A stretch of 64,000 bases of DNA from Pristiophorus japonicus. Lineage: Eukaryota. Of the stretch, positions 34,250 through 46,849 are shown in pieces (the stretch's first letter is position 1; each line of letters opens with the position of its first letter). The stretch covers positions 373,178,001 to 373,242,000 of the forward strand of contig NC_091978.1 of assembly GCF_044704955.1 (NCBI RefSeq), in the 5' to 3' direction. The notes beneath the pieces were generated by a model. The model had not been told where the DNA came from, searched no databases, and worked only from the letters and a program-made list of their open reading frames with translations. The position numbers were made by a program, and so were the translations under genes.

Positions 34250-35690
34250 AGGAAAGAAAAGAAAGTCTTGCATTTATATAGCGCCTTTCACGGCCACCGG
34301 ACATCCCTAAGCACTTTACAGCCAATGAAGCACTTTTGGCATGTAGTCACTGTTGTAATGTAGGAAACATGGCAAACAATCTAAGCACAGCAAGCTCCCA
34401 CACACAGCAATGTGATAATGACCAGATAATCTGTTTTTGTTATATTGGCTGAGGGATAAAATACGGAGGAGCCAATTTAAAACCGAGTTGAGAAGGAATT
34501 TCTTCTCCCAGAGGGTTGTGAATCTGTGGAATTCTCTGCCCAAGGAAGCAGTTGAGGCTAGCTCATTGAATGTATTCAAGTCACAGATAGATTTTTAATT
34601 AATAAGGGAATTAAGGGTTATGGTGAGCGGGCGGGTAAGTGGAGCTGAGTCCACGGCCAGATCAACCATGATCTTGTTGAATGGCGGAGCAGGTTCGAGG
34701 GGCTAGATGACCTACTCCTGTTCCTAATTCTTATGTTCTTATGGCCCCAGGACACCGGGGGTAACTCCCCTGCTCTTCTTCGAAATAATGCCATGGGATC
34801 TTTTACATCCACCCGAGAGAGCAGAGGGGGTCTCGGTTTAACGTCTCATCCGAAAGATGGCGGCTCCGACAGTGCAGCACTCCCTCAGCACTGCCCCTCC
34901 GACAGTGCAGCACTCCCTCAGTACTGCCCCTCCGACAGTGCAACGTCCCTCAGCACTGCCCCTCCGACAGTGCAGCACTCCCTCAGCACTGCCCCTCCGA
35001 CAGTGCAACGTCCCTCAGCACTGCCCCTCCGACAGTGCAGCACTCCCTCAGTACTGCCCCTCCGACAGTGCGGTGCTCCCTCAGTACTGCCCCTCCGACA
35101 GTGCGGCGCTCCCTCAGTACTGCCCCTCCGACAGTGCAGCACTCCCTCAGTACTGCCCCTCCGACAGTGCGGTGCTCCCTCAGTACTGCCCCTCCGACAG
35201 TGCAGCACTCCCTCAGTACCGCCCCTCCGACAGTGCAGCACTCCCTCAGTACTGCCCCTCCGACAGTGCAGCACTCCCTCAGCACTGCCCCTCCGACAGT
35301 GCGGTGCTCCCTCAGTACTGCCCCTCCGACAGTGCGGCGCTCCCTCAGTACCGCCCCTCCGACAGTGCAGCACTCCCTCAGTACTGCCCCTCCGACAGTG
35401 CAGCACTCCCTCAGCACTGCCCCTCCGACAGTGCAACGTCCCTCAGCACTGCCCCTCCGACAGTGCGGCACTCCCTCAGTACCGCCCCTCCGACAGTGCA
35501 ACGTCCCTCAGTACTGCCCCTCCGACAGTGCAGCACTCCCTCAGCACTGCCCCTCCGACAGTGCAGCACTCCCTCAGCACTGCATTGGAGTGTCAGCCTG
35601 GATTTTGTGCTCTAGTTCCTGGAGTGGGGCTTGAACCCTGAACCTTCTGAATCAGAGGCGAGAGTGCTGCCCACTGAGCCTCGGTTGACA
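34250..35690 (-). mobile_element. Full-length Deu-SINE with VNTR (34863-35583, about 22 units), interrupted by a CR1 3' end (34460-34742, plus)
   Basis: Head, Deu core and tail all present; host gagggataaa|ggccccaggacacc is split by the insertion. Confidence 0.85.
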
Positions 35691-36284
35691 CAGATGAGCG
35701 AGGTACCGATACAGTGCAGCTTCTGGGGGAGCAGGCCATCTCGGACAGCGATTGCCGCGTTTAACTGCGGCCGCTGAAAGTTGCCATCTGATTTACTCCT
35801 CAATAACCGTGAGCACTGTTAGCTCACCATATTCTTACCGCAAAATCCTTATCTTTTTACCAGGAGAAACCTAAATGATTGTTTTTAGCAGGGGAAATTC
35901 ATCAGTCCTTTGTTGGGTCCCGAGTACAAAGAAATTCAAGCAACAGAGTGAGTTAATTGCTGGCTAGTGTTCCTGTGGAAATACCCCACAATGATAGTGT
36001 CATTACTGCTGATAAACAACGGCTTCGAGAAACTGCAGCAGCCCAGCTCTGCCAAGCTTGCTGAGCTCGAGAGGCGAGTGCTGCTTTGGTCCAAATCCCT
36101 TCACTCGGTTTCCCTCCGTCAGGGCAGTCTGAAGCTCCTGATATTTGAAGGTGCCTTTGTGCCCTGTATATACTCCATGCAAAGAGATCAAGGGATCGAA
36201 ATTCACCTCCGCCCAAAGCGGCGTGCACCTTCCGATCTTTGAAGTTTTTCTCGGCTGCATGGCTTGCCCTCGATATTCGTCACG

Positions 36285-36720
36285 GGGCGGGAGTTGCTGG
36301 GGGAGAGAGGGGAGAGGGGGCGGGAGTTGCTGGGGGAGAGGTTGCGGGGAGAGAGGTTGCGGGAAGAGAGGGGGCGGGAGTTGCGGGGGGAGAGGGGCCG
36401 GAAGTTGCGGGGGGAGAGGGGCCGGAAGTTGCGGGGGGCGAGGGAGCGGGAGTTGCGGGGGGAGAGGGGGGGCGTGAGTTGCGGGGGGAGAGGTTGTGGG
36501 GAGAGAGGTTGCGGGGGGAGAGGGGCCAGGAGTTGCGGGGGGCGAGGGAGCGGGAGTTGCGGGGGGAGAGGGGGGGCGTGAGTTGCGGGGGGAGAGGTTG
36601 TGGGGAGAGAGGTTGCGGGGGGAGAGGGGCCGGGAGTTGCGGGGGGCGAGGGAGCGGGAGTTGCGGGGGGAGAGGGGGCGGGAGTTGCGGGGGTGAGAGG
36701 GGGCGGGGGCCGAGGGGGGG
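36285..36720. repeat. G-rich minisatellite (GGGAGTTGCGGGGGGAGAGGGG-like) with a higher-order block repeat, inside a GC-rich MITE-like segment (about 36190-37075)
   Basis: Direct inspection. Confidence 0.85.
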
Positions 36721-37075
36721 GCCCCTGTTGCGGGGGCCGGGGGGCGGGAGAGCCCTGGCAGCGGGTCGGGTGCCCGACCAGTTTTCGGCGCCATGCTGGG
36801 GTGTCACTGCGTCTCACCCCTTCAGGTAAAGGGGAAGGCCGCTGAGAGCTCTGCAGCCACTTCACTGTCAAACACTGGGCCACCCGGGAGGCTTTCGGCT
36901 GGGCCAGCGGCCTGGTACCCGGGGGGGGGGGGGGGTGTTGCCGGCAGCACCCCCGACCAACATGGAACGCGCCGACACACAAAGCTGCCGGGGCCAAACC
37001 GGGAAAGGGTCGGCGCGAGCACGCCGCACCGGGAAAACCAGCGGAGCAATCCCCGACACCGCTCCACCCCTGAGG

Positions 37076-38925
37076 AAGGGCAGTACTGAGGGAGTGCCGC
37101 ACTGTCGGAGGGGCAGTACTGAGGGAGCGCCGCACTGTCGGAGGGGCAGTACTGAGGGAGTGCCGCACTGTCGGAGGGGCAGTACTGAGGGAGCGCCGCA
37201 TTGTCGGAGGGACAGTACTGAGGGAGCGCCGCATTGTCGGAGGGGCAGTACTGAGGGAGCGCCGCACTGTCGGAGGGGCAGTACTGAGGGAGCACCCCAC
37301 TGTCGGAGGGACAGTACTGAGGGAGCGCCGCATTGTCGGAGGGGCAGTACTGAGGGAGCGCCGCACTGTCGGAGGGGCAGTACTGAGAGAGTGCTGCACT
37401 GTCGGAGGGGCAGTACTGAGGGAGTGCCGCACTGTCGGAGGGGCAGTACTGAGGGAGCGCTGCACTGTCGGAGGGGCAGTACTGAGGGAGTGCCGCATTG
37501 TCGGAGGTGCAGTACTGAGGGAGTGCCGCACTGTCGGAGGTGCAGTACTGAGGGAGCGCCGCATTGTCGGAGGTGCAGTACTGAGGGAGTGCCGCACTGT
37601 CGGAGAGGCAGTACTGAGGGAGCGCCGCACTGTCGGAGGGGCAGTACTGAGGGAGCGCCGCACTGTCGGAGGGGCAGAACTGAGGGAGCACTGCACTGTC
37701 GGAGGGACAATACTGAGGGAATGTCGCGCTGTCAGAGGTGCTGCCTTTCCTAAGATGTTAAACCGAGGCCCCGTCTGCTCTCTCAGGTGGATGTAAAACA
37801 TCCCACAGCCACTATTTCGAAGAAGAGCAGGGGAGTTCTCCCCAGTGTCCTGGGGCCAATATTTATCCCTCCATCAACATCACAAAAAAAACAGATTATC
37901 TGGTCATTATCACATTGTGTGGGAGCTTGCTGTGTGTAAATTGCCTGCCGCGTTTCCCACATTACATAAGAACATAAGAAATAGGAGCAGGAGTCGGCCA
38001 TTCGGCCCCTCGAGCCTGCTCCACCATTCAATACGATCATGGCTGATCTGATCATGGACTCAGCTCCACTTCCCCGCCCGCTCACCATAACCCCTTATCG
38101 TTTAAGAAACTATTTCTGTCTTACGTTTATTCAATGACCCAGCCTCCACAGCTCTCTGAGGCAGCGAATTCCACAGATTTACAACCCTTAGAGAGAAGAA
38201 ATTCCTCCTCATCTCAGTTTTAAATGGGCGGCTCCTTATTCTAAGACCATGCCCCCTATTTCTAGTCTCCCCCATCAGTGGAAACATCCTCTCTGCATCC
38301 ACCTTGTCGAGCCCCCTCATAATCTTATACATTTCAATAAGATCATCTCTCATTCTTCTGAATTCTAATGAGTAGAGGCCCAACCTGCTCAACCTTTCCT
38401 CATAAGTCAAACCCCTCATCTCTGGAATCAGCCTAGTGAACCTTCTCTGAACTGCCTCCAAAGCAAGTATATCCTTTCGTAAATATGGAAACCAAAACTG
38501 TACGCAGTACTCCAGGTGTGGCCTCACCAATACCCTGTATAACTGTAGCAAGACTTCCCTGCTTTTATACTCCATCCCCTTTGCAATAAAGGCGAAGATA
38601 CCATTGGCCTTCCTGATCATTTGCTGTACCTGCATACTATCCTTTTGTGTTTCATGCACAAGTACCCCCAGGTCCCGCTGTACTGCGGCACTTTGCAATC
38701 TTTCTCCATTTAAATAATAACTTGCTCTTTGATTTTTTTCTGCCAAAGTGGATAACTTCACACTTTCCAACATTATACTCCTTCTGCCAAGTTTTTGCCC
38801 ACTCACTTAGTCACTTTACAACAGCAACGACACTCCAAAAAGTACTTCATTGGCTGTAGAGCGCTTTGTGACGTCCGATGGTCGTGAAAGGCGCTATAGA
38901 AATGCAGGTCTCTGTCTCTTCTTTC
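37076..38925 (+). mobile_element. Headless Deu-SINE with VNTR (37078-37740, about 20 units), interrupted by a minus-strand CR1 (37963-38812)
   Basis: The SINE tail resumes at about 38815 (acaacagcaacgacactccaaaaagtacttcattggc). Confidence 0.85.
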
Positions 38926-39059
38926 AAGACATCCCAACATGCTTCAGTTTAGCGATTAATCTGAAGTTTGTCAGCTGCAGCAGTGCCGTGCCTGAAGTGT
39001 CAGTCGACAGCCTCCTGAGTCAGGGGCGAGTGGGCAAGCGAGCTGCCCAGTTATCGTTG

Positions 39060-39630
39060 CTGGCCGGACCATAACCTCAGCTGTCGCACATGCCCCCCGC
39101 CCTCTGCCCTCCCCCACCTCAATAATCGGCAATCAGTGAAACTGACAAACTTCAGCTCTTCCGCAGTAATATCGCTGTTAAATTTCCCACTAAAGGTTAG
39201 TCCCTTGTTGGATTCGGTGTAAATGGGGTTTAACAGCCTATTGGCTGCTAAAAAAAATTCAGAAACGTTAAAACAATTTTAATTTGAAGTTTGTCCATCT
39301 TTATTTCAGGTTTGCCTTTTCCCCGTCCGTGTGAGAACCCCGAGCTTTGTTTTGATCTAACATTTAAAAAAAGTTAGAATCAAAGGAGCTTCTTCCCTTC
39401 CTGGTTCCGGGTCTTTGAGAATTCTGCGTTGTGATTGGTTGCTCAGACAGCTTGTTGACATCACAACAGCTCGCACTAGGGAATCCCCATTAAATTCCAT
39501 TGTTTTGAATTACGTGTTGGAAAAGCCGAATGTCTTGCCACAGAGATCATGAGATCTTTGTGGGCAGCTGACTTCTGGGCCATCAGCGAGCGTCTTTGCT
39601 TCACCGCTGACCTCAAATTCTGGACCAATA
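39060..39630 (-). repeat. Unclassified dispersed repeat, here called family X (other copies 32263-32520, 43418-43485, 60070-60600)
   Basis: Shared terminus ttggNccagaNtNtgNggtcagcRgtgaa and core agctgtctgagcaNccaatcNcaNtgcagaattctc. Confidence 0.75.
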
Positions 39631-39689
39631 TAGATTCTGCTCCCACCACTCTTTCTGAAAGGAACTTCCCATCTTAACAACCCTCCACA

Positions 39690-40150
39690 TAAAAGGGGCT
39701 AAAGGGTTAAATTCCGAGGGCAGGTTGCACAGACTGGGCTGTGTTCCCTCGAGTGTAGAAGATTAAGGGGCGATCTAATCGAGGTGTTTACGATGATTAA
39801 AGGAGTTGATGGGGTCGATCGAGAGAAACTATTCCCTCTGGTGGGGGGGAGTCCAGAACAAGGGGGTGTCACCTTAAAATTAGAGCCAGGCCGTTCAGGG
39901 TGATGTCAGGGAGCACTTCTTCACATAAAGGGTGCTGGGAATCTGGAACTCTCTCCCCCAAAACGCTGCTGAGGCTGGGGGAGGGGGCAATTGGAAATGA
40001 CAAAACTGAGATTGATTTATTTTTGTTGGGTAAGGGTATTGAGGGTTACGGAACCAAGGCGAGTAGATGGGGTTACGGTACAGATCAGCCGTGATCTCAT
40101 TGAATGGTGGAACAGGCTCGAGGGGCTGAACGGCCTCCTCCTGTTTCTAT
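39690..40150 (+). mobile_element. CR1 3' end (same subfamily at 48365-48670, minus)
   Basis: ggaatctggaactctctcccccaaaa...ggctcgaggggctgaacggcc. Confidence 0.75.
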
Positions 40151-40427
40151 CTTCCTATAAAATAATTTCTCCTAACCGCTCCCTTTTTTACTCACTGACC
40201 ACTGAAAATAGTTGTTCACAAAATCTTTTCTAATTTCACACACCTCCATTGTTGGAACATGAGCGAGGTGCTTTGTAAGCTGCAAGTTACATGTTCCAAA
40301 GGTGCTCCGTCCGATCGGTTTACCTCCGGCTGATGGGTTTTGATTCAAAAGCGAAATACTGCAGATGCTGAAAATCTGCACCAGCTAGAAATACTCGGCG
40401 GGTCAGGCAGCGTCTGGAGCGAGAAAC

Positions 40428-40467
40428 CGAGTCAACGTTTCAGGCCGATAACCCGTCGTCAGAACTG
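40428..40467 (-). ncRNA. Candidate minimal type I hammerhead ribozyme in the Penelope pLTR
   Basis: Minus strand: AGUU CUGACGA C GGGUU AUC GGCCU GAAAC GUU GACU. Confidence 0.55.
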
Positions 40468-40686
40468 GGGAAAGATGTAACGGGTTTTAAGCGAGTGCAG
40501 AGGCAGGGGGAGGGGAGGAAAAAGCAACAGGGAAGGTCTGTGATGGGGTGGAAGGCAGGAGAGATTCGAGCGACAATGGGGATGATGGGGTCAGGTGAAC
40601 AGAGACGGAAATGGGACAAGTCAACGGGAAAAGCAGCTTCATCAGCAAAAGATGGCAGCTGGAGAAAAATACATGGGCAGAGGTTA

Positions 40687-43169
40687 CATAAGAACATTAG
40701 AACATAAGAATTGGGAACAGGAGTAGGCCATCTAGCCCCTTGGAGCCTGCTCCGCCATTCAACAAGATCATGGCTGATCTGGCCGTGGACTCAGCTCCAC
40801 TTACCCGCCTGCTCCCCACAACCCTTAATTCCCTTATTAGTTAAAAATCTATCTATCTGTGATTTGAATACATTCAATGAGCTAGCCTCAACTGCTTCCT
40901 TGGGCAGAGAATTCCACAGATTCACAACCCTCTGGGAGAAGAAATTCCTTCTCAACTCGGTTTTAAATTGGCTCCCCCGTATTTTGAGGCTGTGCCCCCT
41001 AGTTCTAGTCTTCCCGATCAGTGAAAACAACCTCTCTGCCTCTATCTTGTCTATCCCTTTCATTATTTTAAATGTTTCTGTAAGATCACCCCTCATCCTT
41101 CTGAACTCCAACGAGTAAAGACCCAGTCTACTCAATCTATCACCATAAGGTAACCCCCTCATCTCCAGAATCAGCCTAGTGAATCATCTCTGTACCCCCT
41201 CAAAAGCTAGTATATCCTTCCTTAAGTAAGGTGACCAAAATTGCACGCAGTACTCCAGGTGCGGCCTCACCAATACCCTGTACAGTTGCAGCAGGACCTC
41301 CCTGCTTTTGTACTCCATCCCTCTCGCAATGAAGGCCAACATTCCATTCGCCTTCCTGATTACCTGCTACACCTGCAAACTAACTTTTTGGGATTAAGAG
41401 TTTCATGCACAAGGACCCCAGGTCCCTCTGCACCGCAGCATGTTGTAATTTCTCCCCATTCAAATAATATTCCATTTTATTGTTTTTTTTTCCCAAGGTG
41501 GATGACCTCACATTTTCCAACATTATTCCATCTGCCAAATCTTCGCTTAACCTATCTAAATCTCTTTGCAGCCTTTCTGTGTCCTCTACACAACCCGCTT
41601 TCCCACTAATCTTTGTGTCATCTGCAAATTTTGTTGCACTACACTCTGTCCCCTCTTCCAGGTCATCTATGTATATTGTAAACAGTTGTGGTCCCAGCAC
41701 CGATCCCTGTGGCACACCACTAACCACCGATTTCCAACCCGAAAAGGACCCATTTATCCCGACTCTCTGCTTTCTGTTAGCCAGCCAATTCTCGATCCAT
41801 GCTAATACATTTCCACTGACTCCGCGTACCTTTATCTTCTGCAGTAACCTTTTGTGTGGCACCTTATCGAATGCCTTTTGGAAATCTAAATACACCACAT
41901 CCATCGGTACACCTCTATCCACCATGCTCGTTATATCCTCAAAGAATTCCAGTAAATTAGTTAAACATGATTTCCCCTTCATGAATCCATGTTGCGTCTG
42001 CTTGATTGCACTATTCCTATCTAGATGTCCCGCTATTTCTTCCTTAATGATAGCTTCAAGCATTTTCCCCACTACAGATGTTAAAATAACCGGCCTATAG
42101 TTACCTGCCTTTTGTCTGCCCCCTTTTTTAAACAGAGGCGTTACATTAGCTGCTTTCCAATCCGCTGGTACCTCCCCAGAGTCCAGAGAATTTTGGTAGA
42201 TTATAACGAATGCATCTGCTATAACTTCCGCCATCTCTTTTAATATCCTGGGATGCATTTCATCAGGACCAGGGGACTTGTCTACCTTGAGTCCCATTAG
42301 CCTGTCCAGCACTACCCCCCTAGTGACAGTGATTATCTCAAGGTCCTCCCTTCCCACACTCCCGTGACCAGCCATTTTTGGCATGGTTTTTGTGTCTTCC
42401 ACTGTGAAGACCGAAGCAAAATAATTGTTTAAGGTCTCAGCCATTCCACATTTCCCATTATTAAATCCCCCTTCTCATCTTCTAAGGGACTAACATTTAC
42501 TTTAGTCACTCTTTTCCGTTTTATATATCGGTAAAAGCTTTTACTATCTGTTTTTATGTTTTGCGCAAGTTTGCTTTCGTAATCTATCTTTCCTTTCTTT
42601 ATTGTTTTCTTAGTCATTCTTTGCTGTCTTTTAAAATTTTCCCAATCTTCTAGTTTCCCACTAACCTTGGCCACCTTATACGCATTGGTTTTTAATTTGA
42701 TACTCTCCTTTATTTCCTTGGTTATCCACGGCTGGTTATCCCTTCTCTTACCGCCCTTCTTTTTCACTGGAATATATTTTTGTTGAGCACTATGAAAGAG
42801 CTCCTTAAAAGTCCTCCACTGTTCCTCAATTGTGCCACCGTTTAGTCTGTGTTTCCAGTCTACTTTAGCCAACTCTGCCCTCATCCCACTGTAGTCCCCT
42901 TTGTTTAAGCATAGTACGCTTGTTTGAGACACTAATTCCTCACCCTCAATCTGTATTACAAATTCAACCATACTGTGATCACTCATTCTGAGAGGATCTT
43001 TTACTAGGAGATCGTTTATTATTCCTATCTCATTACACATTACCAGATCTAAGATAGCTTGCTCCCTTGTAGGTTCTGTAACATACTGTTCTCAGAAACA
43101 ATCCCGTATGTATTCTATGAATTCCTCCTCAAGGCTACCCCGTGCGATTTGATTTGACCAATCAATATG
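40687..43169 (-). mobile_element. CR1 LINE, 5'-truncated, with an RT ORF broken by frameshifts
   Basis: [25 protein letters not shown]; cataagaa tail. Confidence 0.93.
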
Positions 43170-44329
43170 TTCTGGTGTGAAATTGTTGAACTCGATGTTG
43201 AATGCAGAAAGCTGTAAAGAATCTAGTCAAAAGATGAGGTGCTATTCCTCAAGCTTGTGTCGAGCTTCATTCTCTCCAACGGGATTTCCGTTTGTCTCCT
43301 TTATCTTGTTCATCTTCATTTCTTTCTGTTTCCTTTCTCGTGATTGATGAGCTATATAAATGCCGATTGTTGTTGGAGCCCGGCATTGAAATTGGTGTAG
43401 TGCCAATCCCGGAGACTTCAACAAGCTGTGTGAGCAGCCAATCAAAAGGCAGAATTCTCACAGACCTGTGAACCAGGAAGTGAGTGAGCTCTTAAAATTC
43501 AAACTCTCTCAAAATGTGAGAGAGAGCAAAGCAAAGGGCGGGGCTGTGTCACACGGGGAAAAGGCACATCCCGGGACTGACCCCGCACCCTCGGGATCTG
43601 CACAGGCGCCCAATCCCGAAGCTGCGGTCAGTTTGAGGCGGAATGATGTTGAGCGCCGACAGTTCACCGTCGCCCCGGCAGTAAATTCCGGCCATTGTTG
43701 GAGGATCCAAGGAAATGGGTCGCGTGCAAACTGCTTCAGTTAAAGAGCTAGCAGCGGGCTGAATGGTGCTGTGCTTTCTCTGATTCTGTGATATAGTGAG
43801 AACTGTGTGATACATGTGCTGCAGTGAATATTGCTGGGCCATATTCCAACTAATCTGATCTGGGGCATCAGGTTTGGTCATGTTTTCACTACCCACTTCA
43901 CAAAAATATTTCCGTTTTTTTTTGTATATGATTTAAGCTAGTGAGGTAAGAAATTCATAATGGCAGAGTTGATTTTTGCACTATTGTATGGGCATTGTGC
44001 TGCTGTGACTGGGGAAATTTCCTGGTATTTCCATAGACGAGTCACGTGGCAGTAACTGGCCAAATCTATCTTTGGTTAGCCTTCAGGGAACTGCATATGA
44101 CTCAGTGACTGCTGAGCTTTCACAGTCAGGAATAGTTGCCAAGGTTAACGGCTGATCTGTGATGAAAACTGAAGTTCCCCTTGTGTCATAGGTGGGACTC
44201 CACACAGCCTTCTGTGAAATTGTAATAAATGTTTCTGAATGGGCCACAACAATTCTCTTTCTGGCATCATAAATAACTTGAAATTACCCTGCTGTGACCT
44301 TTAATTGGGGCAAAGTAGATGATGATTCA

Positions 44330-45065
44330 ATATTCCGCGCGCCGATGAGATGTTAAACCGAGATCCCATCCGGTGAACATAACTGGATGGATGGCTGTAT
44401 TGGGAGCTCTCCTCGAGTCCTTTAATCAAGCAGCTTGCTCCTTTCTCCTGGGGCCATGCTATGTACAAATTGTCTGCACTTCAAAACCTGATCCACTTTT
44501 TTGTGAAGTACTTTTAGAGTTCCTCAAGTTGCGATTTAAAAAAAAATTCATTCACAGGATGTGGGCGTCGCTGGCAAGGCCGGCATTTATTGCCCGTCCC
44601 TAATCGCCCTTTCACTGACAGTCACATATAGGCCAGATCGGGTAAAGATTCCCTTCCCTAAAGGGCTTAAAGCAAGAAAGACTTGCATTAATATAGCGCC
44701 TTTCACGACTACTGGATGTCTCACAGCGCTTCACAGCCATTGAAGTACTTTTTGGAGTGTAGGAAACACGGCAGCCAATTTGCGAGTGTGCTCCCACTGA
44801 GCTGACACGGACACGAGAGCAATGTTACTGGACCAATGATCCAGAGACCTGGACTAATTCCACCACATCAGTGACCCAGGTGGGTTTTTACAACAATCTG
44901 GTGGTTTCATGGTCACCATTACTCTGGCTTTTTATTCCAGATTTATTTAATGAACTGAATTTAAATTCCCAGCTGCCGTGGTGGGATTTGAACCCGTGTC
45001 TCCGGATCATTGGGCCAGGCCCCTGGATTACTGGTCCAGTCACATAACCACTGTGCTACTGTACT
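44330..45065. mobile_element. Cluster of SINE fragments, including a minus-strand tRNA-headed SINE (44865-45065)
   Basis: B-box ggttcaaatccca on the minus strand; Deu-SINE and LINE tail fragments. Confidence 0.6.
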
Positions 45066-45214
45066 GTAGGCAAGTCCTATAACTGCCAGTCCGTTCCTAG
45101 AGTTGAGAATTCGAGTAATGAAAATCACTATTATTTTAATATTTTTATTGCTATGGAGCAAAGTATCCTGAGGAGGTGATTGTAGAAATAATCACTGCTG
45201 GATAAAGCTTGTTT

Positions 45215-46316
45215 AACCATCGGTGGCCGTGCCTTCAGCTGCCTGGGCCCCAAGCTCTGGAACTCCCTCCCTAAACCTCTCCGCCTCTCCTTCCTCTTTT
45301 AAGACGCTCCTTTTTGACCAGGATCTTGGTCACCTGCCCTAATAACTCCTTTTACTATGTGGATTTTACTAAACTGGGTGGCGGTGTGAGCTGTGAGGGG
45401 GAAGCTAAGAGGCTGCAGGGTGACTTGGACAGGTTAGGTGAGTGGGCAAATGCATGGCAGATGCAATATAATGTGGATAAATGTGAGGTTATCCACTTTG
45501 GGGGCAAAAACGCGAAGACAGAATATTATCTGAATAGCAGCAGATTAGGAAAAGGGGAGGTGCAACAAGACCTGGGTGTCATGGTTCATCAGTCATTGAA
45601 AGTTGGCATGCAGGTACAGCAGGTGGTGAAGAAGGCAAATGGTATGTTGGCCTTCATAGCGAGAGGATTTGAGTATAGGAGCAGGGAGGTCTTACTGCAG
45701 TTGTACAGGGCCTTGGTGAGGCCTCACCTTGAATATTGTGTTCAGTTTTGGTCTTCTAATCTGAGGAAGGACGTTCTTGCTATTGAGGGAGTGCAGCGAA
45801 GGTTCACCAGACTGATTCCCGGGATGACAGGACTGACATATGTAGAAAGACTGGATCGACTAGGCTTATATTCACTGGAATTTAGAAGAATATGAGGGGA
45901 TCTCATAGAAACATATAAAATTCTGACGGGACTGACAACGTTAGATGCAGGAAGAATGTTCCCGATGTTTGGGAAGTCCAGAACCAGGGGTCACAGTCTA
46001 GGGATAAGGGGTAAGCCATTTAGGACTGAGATGAGGAGAAACTTCTTCACTCAGAGAGTTGTGAACCTGTGGAATTCCCTGACGCAGAGAGTTGTTGATG
46101 CCAGTTCATTAGATATATTCAAAAGGGAGTTAGATATGGCCCTTACGGCTAAAGGGATCAAGAAGTATGGAGAGAAAGCAGGAAAGGGGTACTGAAGTTG
46201 CATGATCAGCCATGATCATATTGAATGGTGGTGCAAGCTCGAAGGGCCGAATGGCCTACTCCTGCACCTATTGTCTATGTTTCTGTGTTTAAAGGCGCTA
46301 TATAAATGCAAGTTTC
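45215..46316 (+). mobile_element. L2 3' end interrupted by a HER1-like CR1 (45366-46283)
   Basis: L2 tail aaaggcgctatataaatgcaagt resumes after the CR1 tail. Confidence 0.82.
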
Positions 46317-46849
46317 TGTCGGGGTTTTCCCAAGTGTGGACGAGATGGAAATCCTCAACCTGACTCTAGCCCTCCTCCTGGTGGCTGGCTGTGCAATAGC
46401 ATGTAGCACCATTGAATCATAAATATAAAGACTTTCCATCATTGCACCAGCGCCCCCTGTAAGCTGTGCTTTGTTCTGCACGCACTCCTTAGCGGGAACA
46501 TTTCATAGCACCTTTGCAAAAATTTTCCAAAGTCTTCACCTGCTGAATAAGAGAAATGGGAACCACGTGATGTTTCCATGCGATGAAGGATGTTACCGAG
46601 TCTGACTATGCAAATGAGCTGAAACATTAGCAGGAGAGAGACGGTGACTCATCACATAGTAATTCAGCTCCTTCACTCTGGCTCGACCCGTGCGCGTGAC
46701 TTCCCTCTCCCGAGTGTATAATCTCCGTCCCAAGCAGTATCGTAAACTTGCTGGAATCCACTTCACACACACATTGCAACTTGGGGGCTGGCCATTCGGC
46801 TGAACCAGTCTGTGTCAGTGTTAGCATTCCACACGGTACTGACACATTT

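Larger units (their letters stand above)
40345..43275 (-). mobile_element. Penelope-like 3' end/pLTR (40345-40686 and 43170-43275) split by a 2.5-kb CR1
   Basis: Degenerate KLEE*HLIF*LDSLQLSAFNIEFNNF GIY-YIG C-terminus at 43175-43260; pLTR with hammerhead core. Confidence 0.72.

Noticed and set aside
43430-43560. CCAAT + ETS + GC box as an internal NFKB1 promoter
   Set aside because: CCAAT and ETS belong to the family X repeat, and no downstream first exon was identifiable. It is covered under the family X finding.
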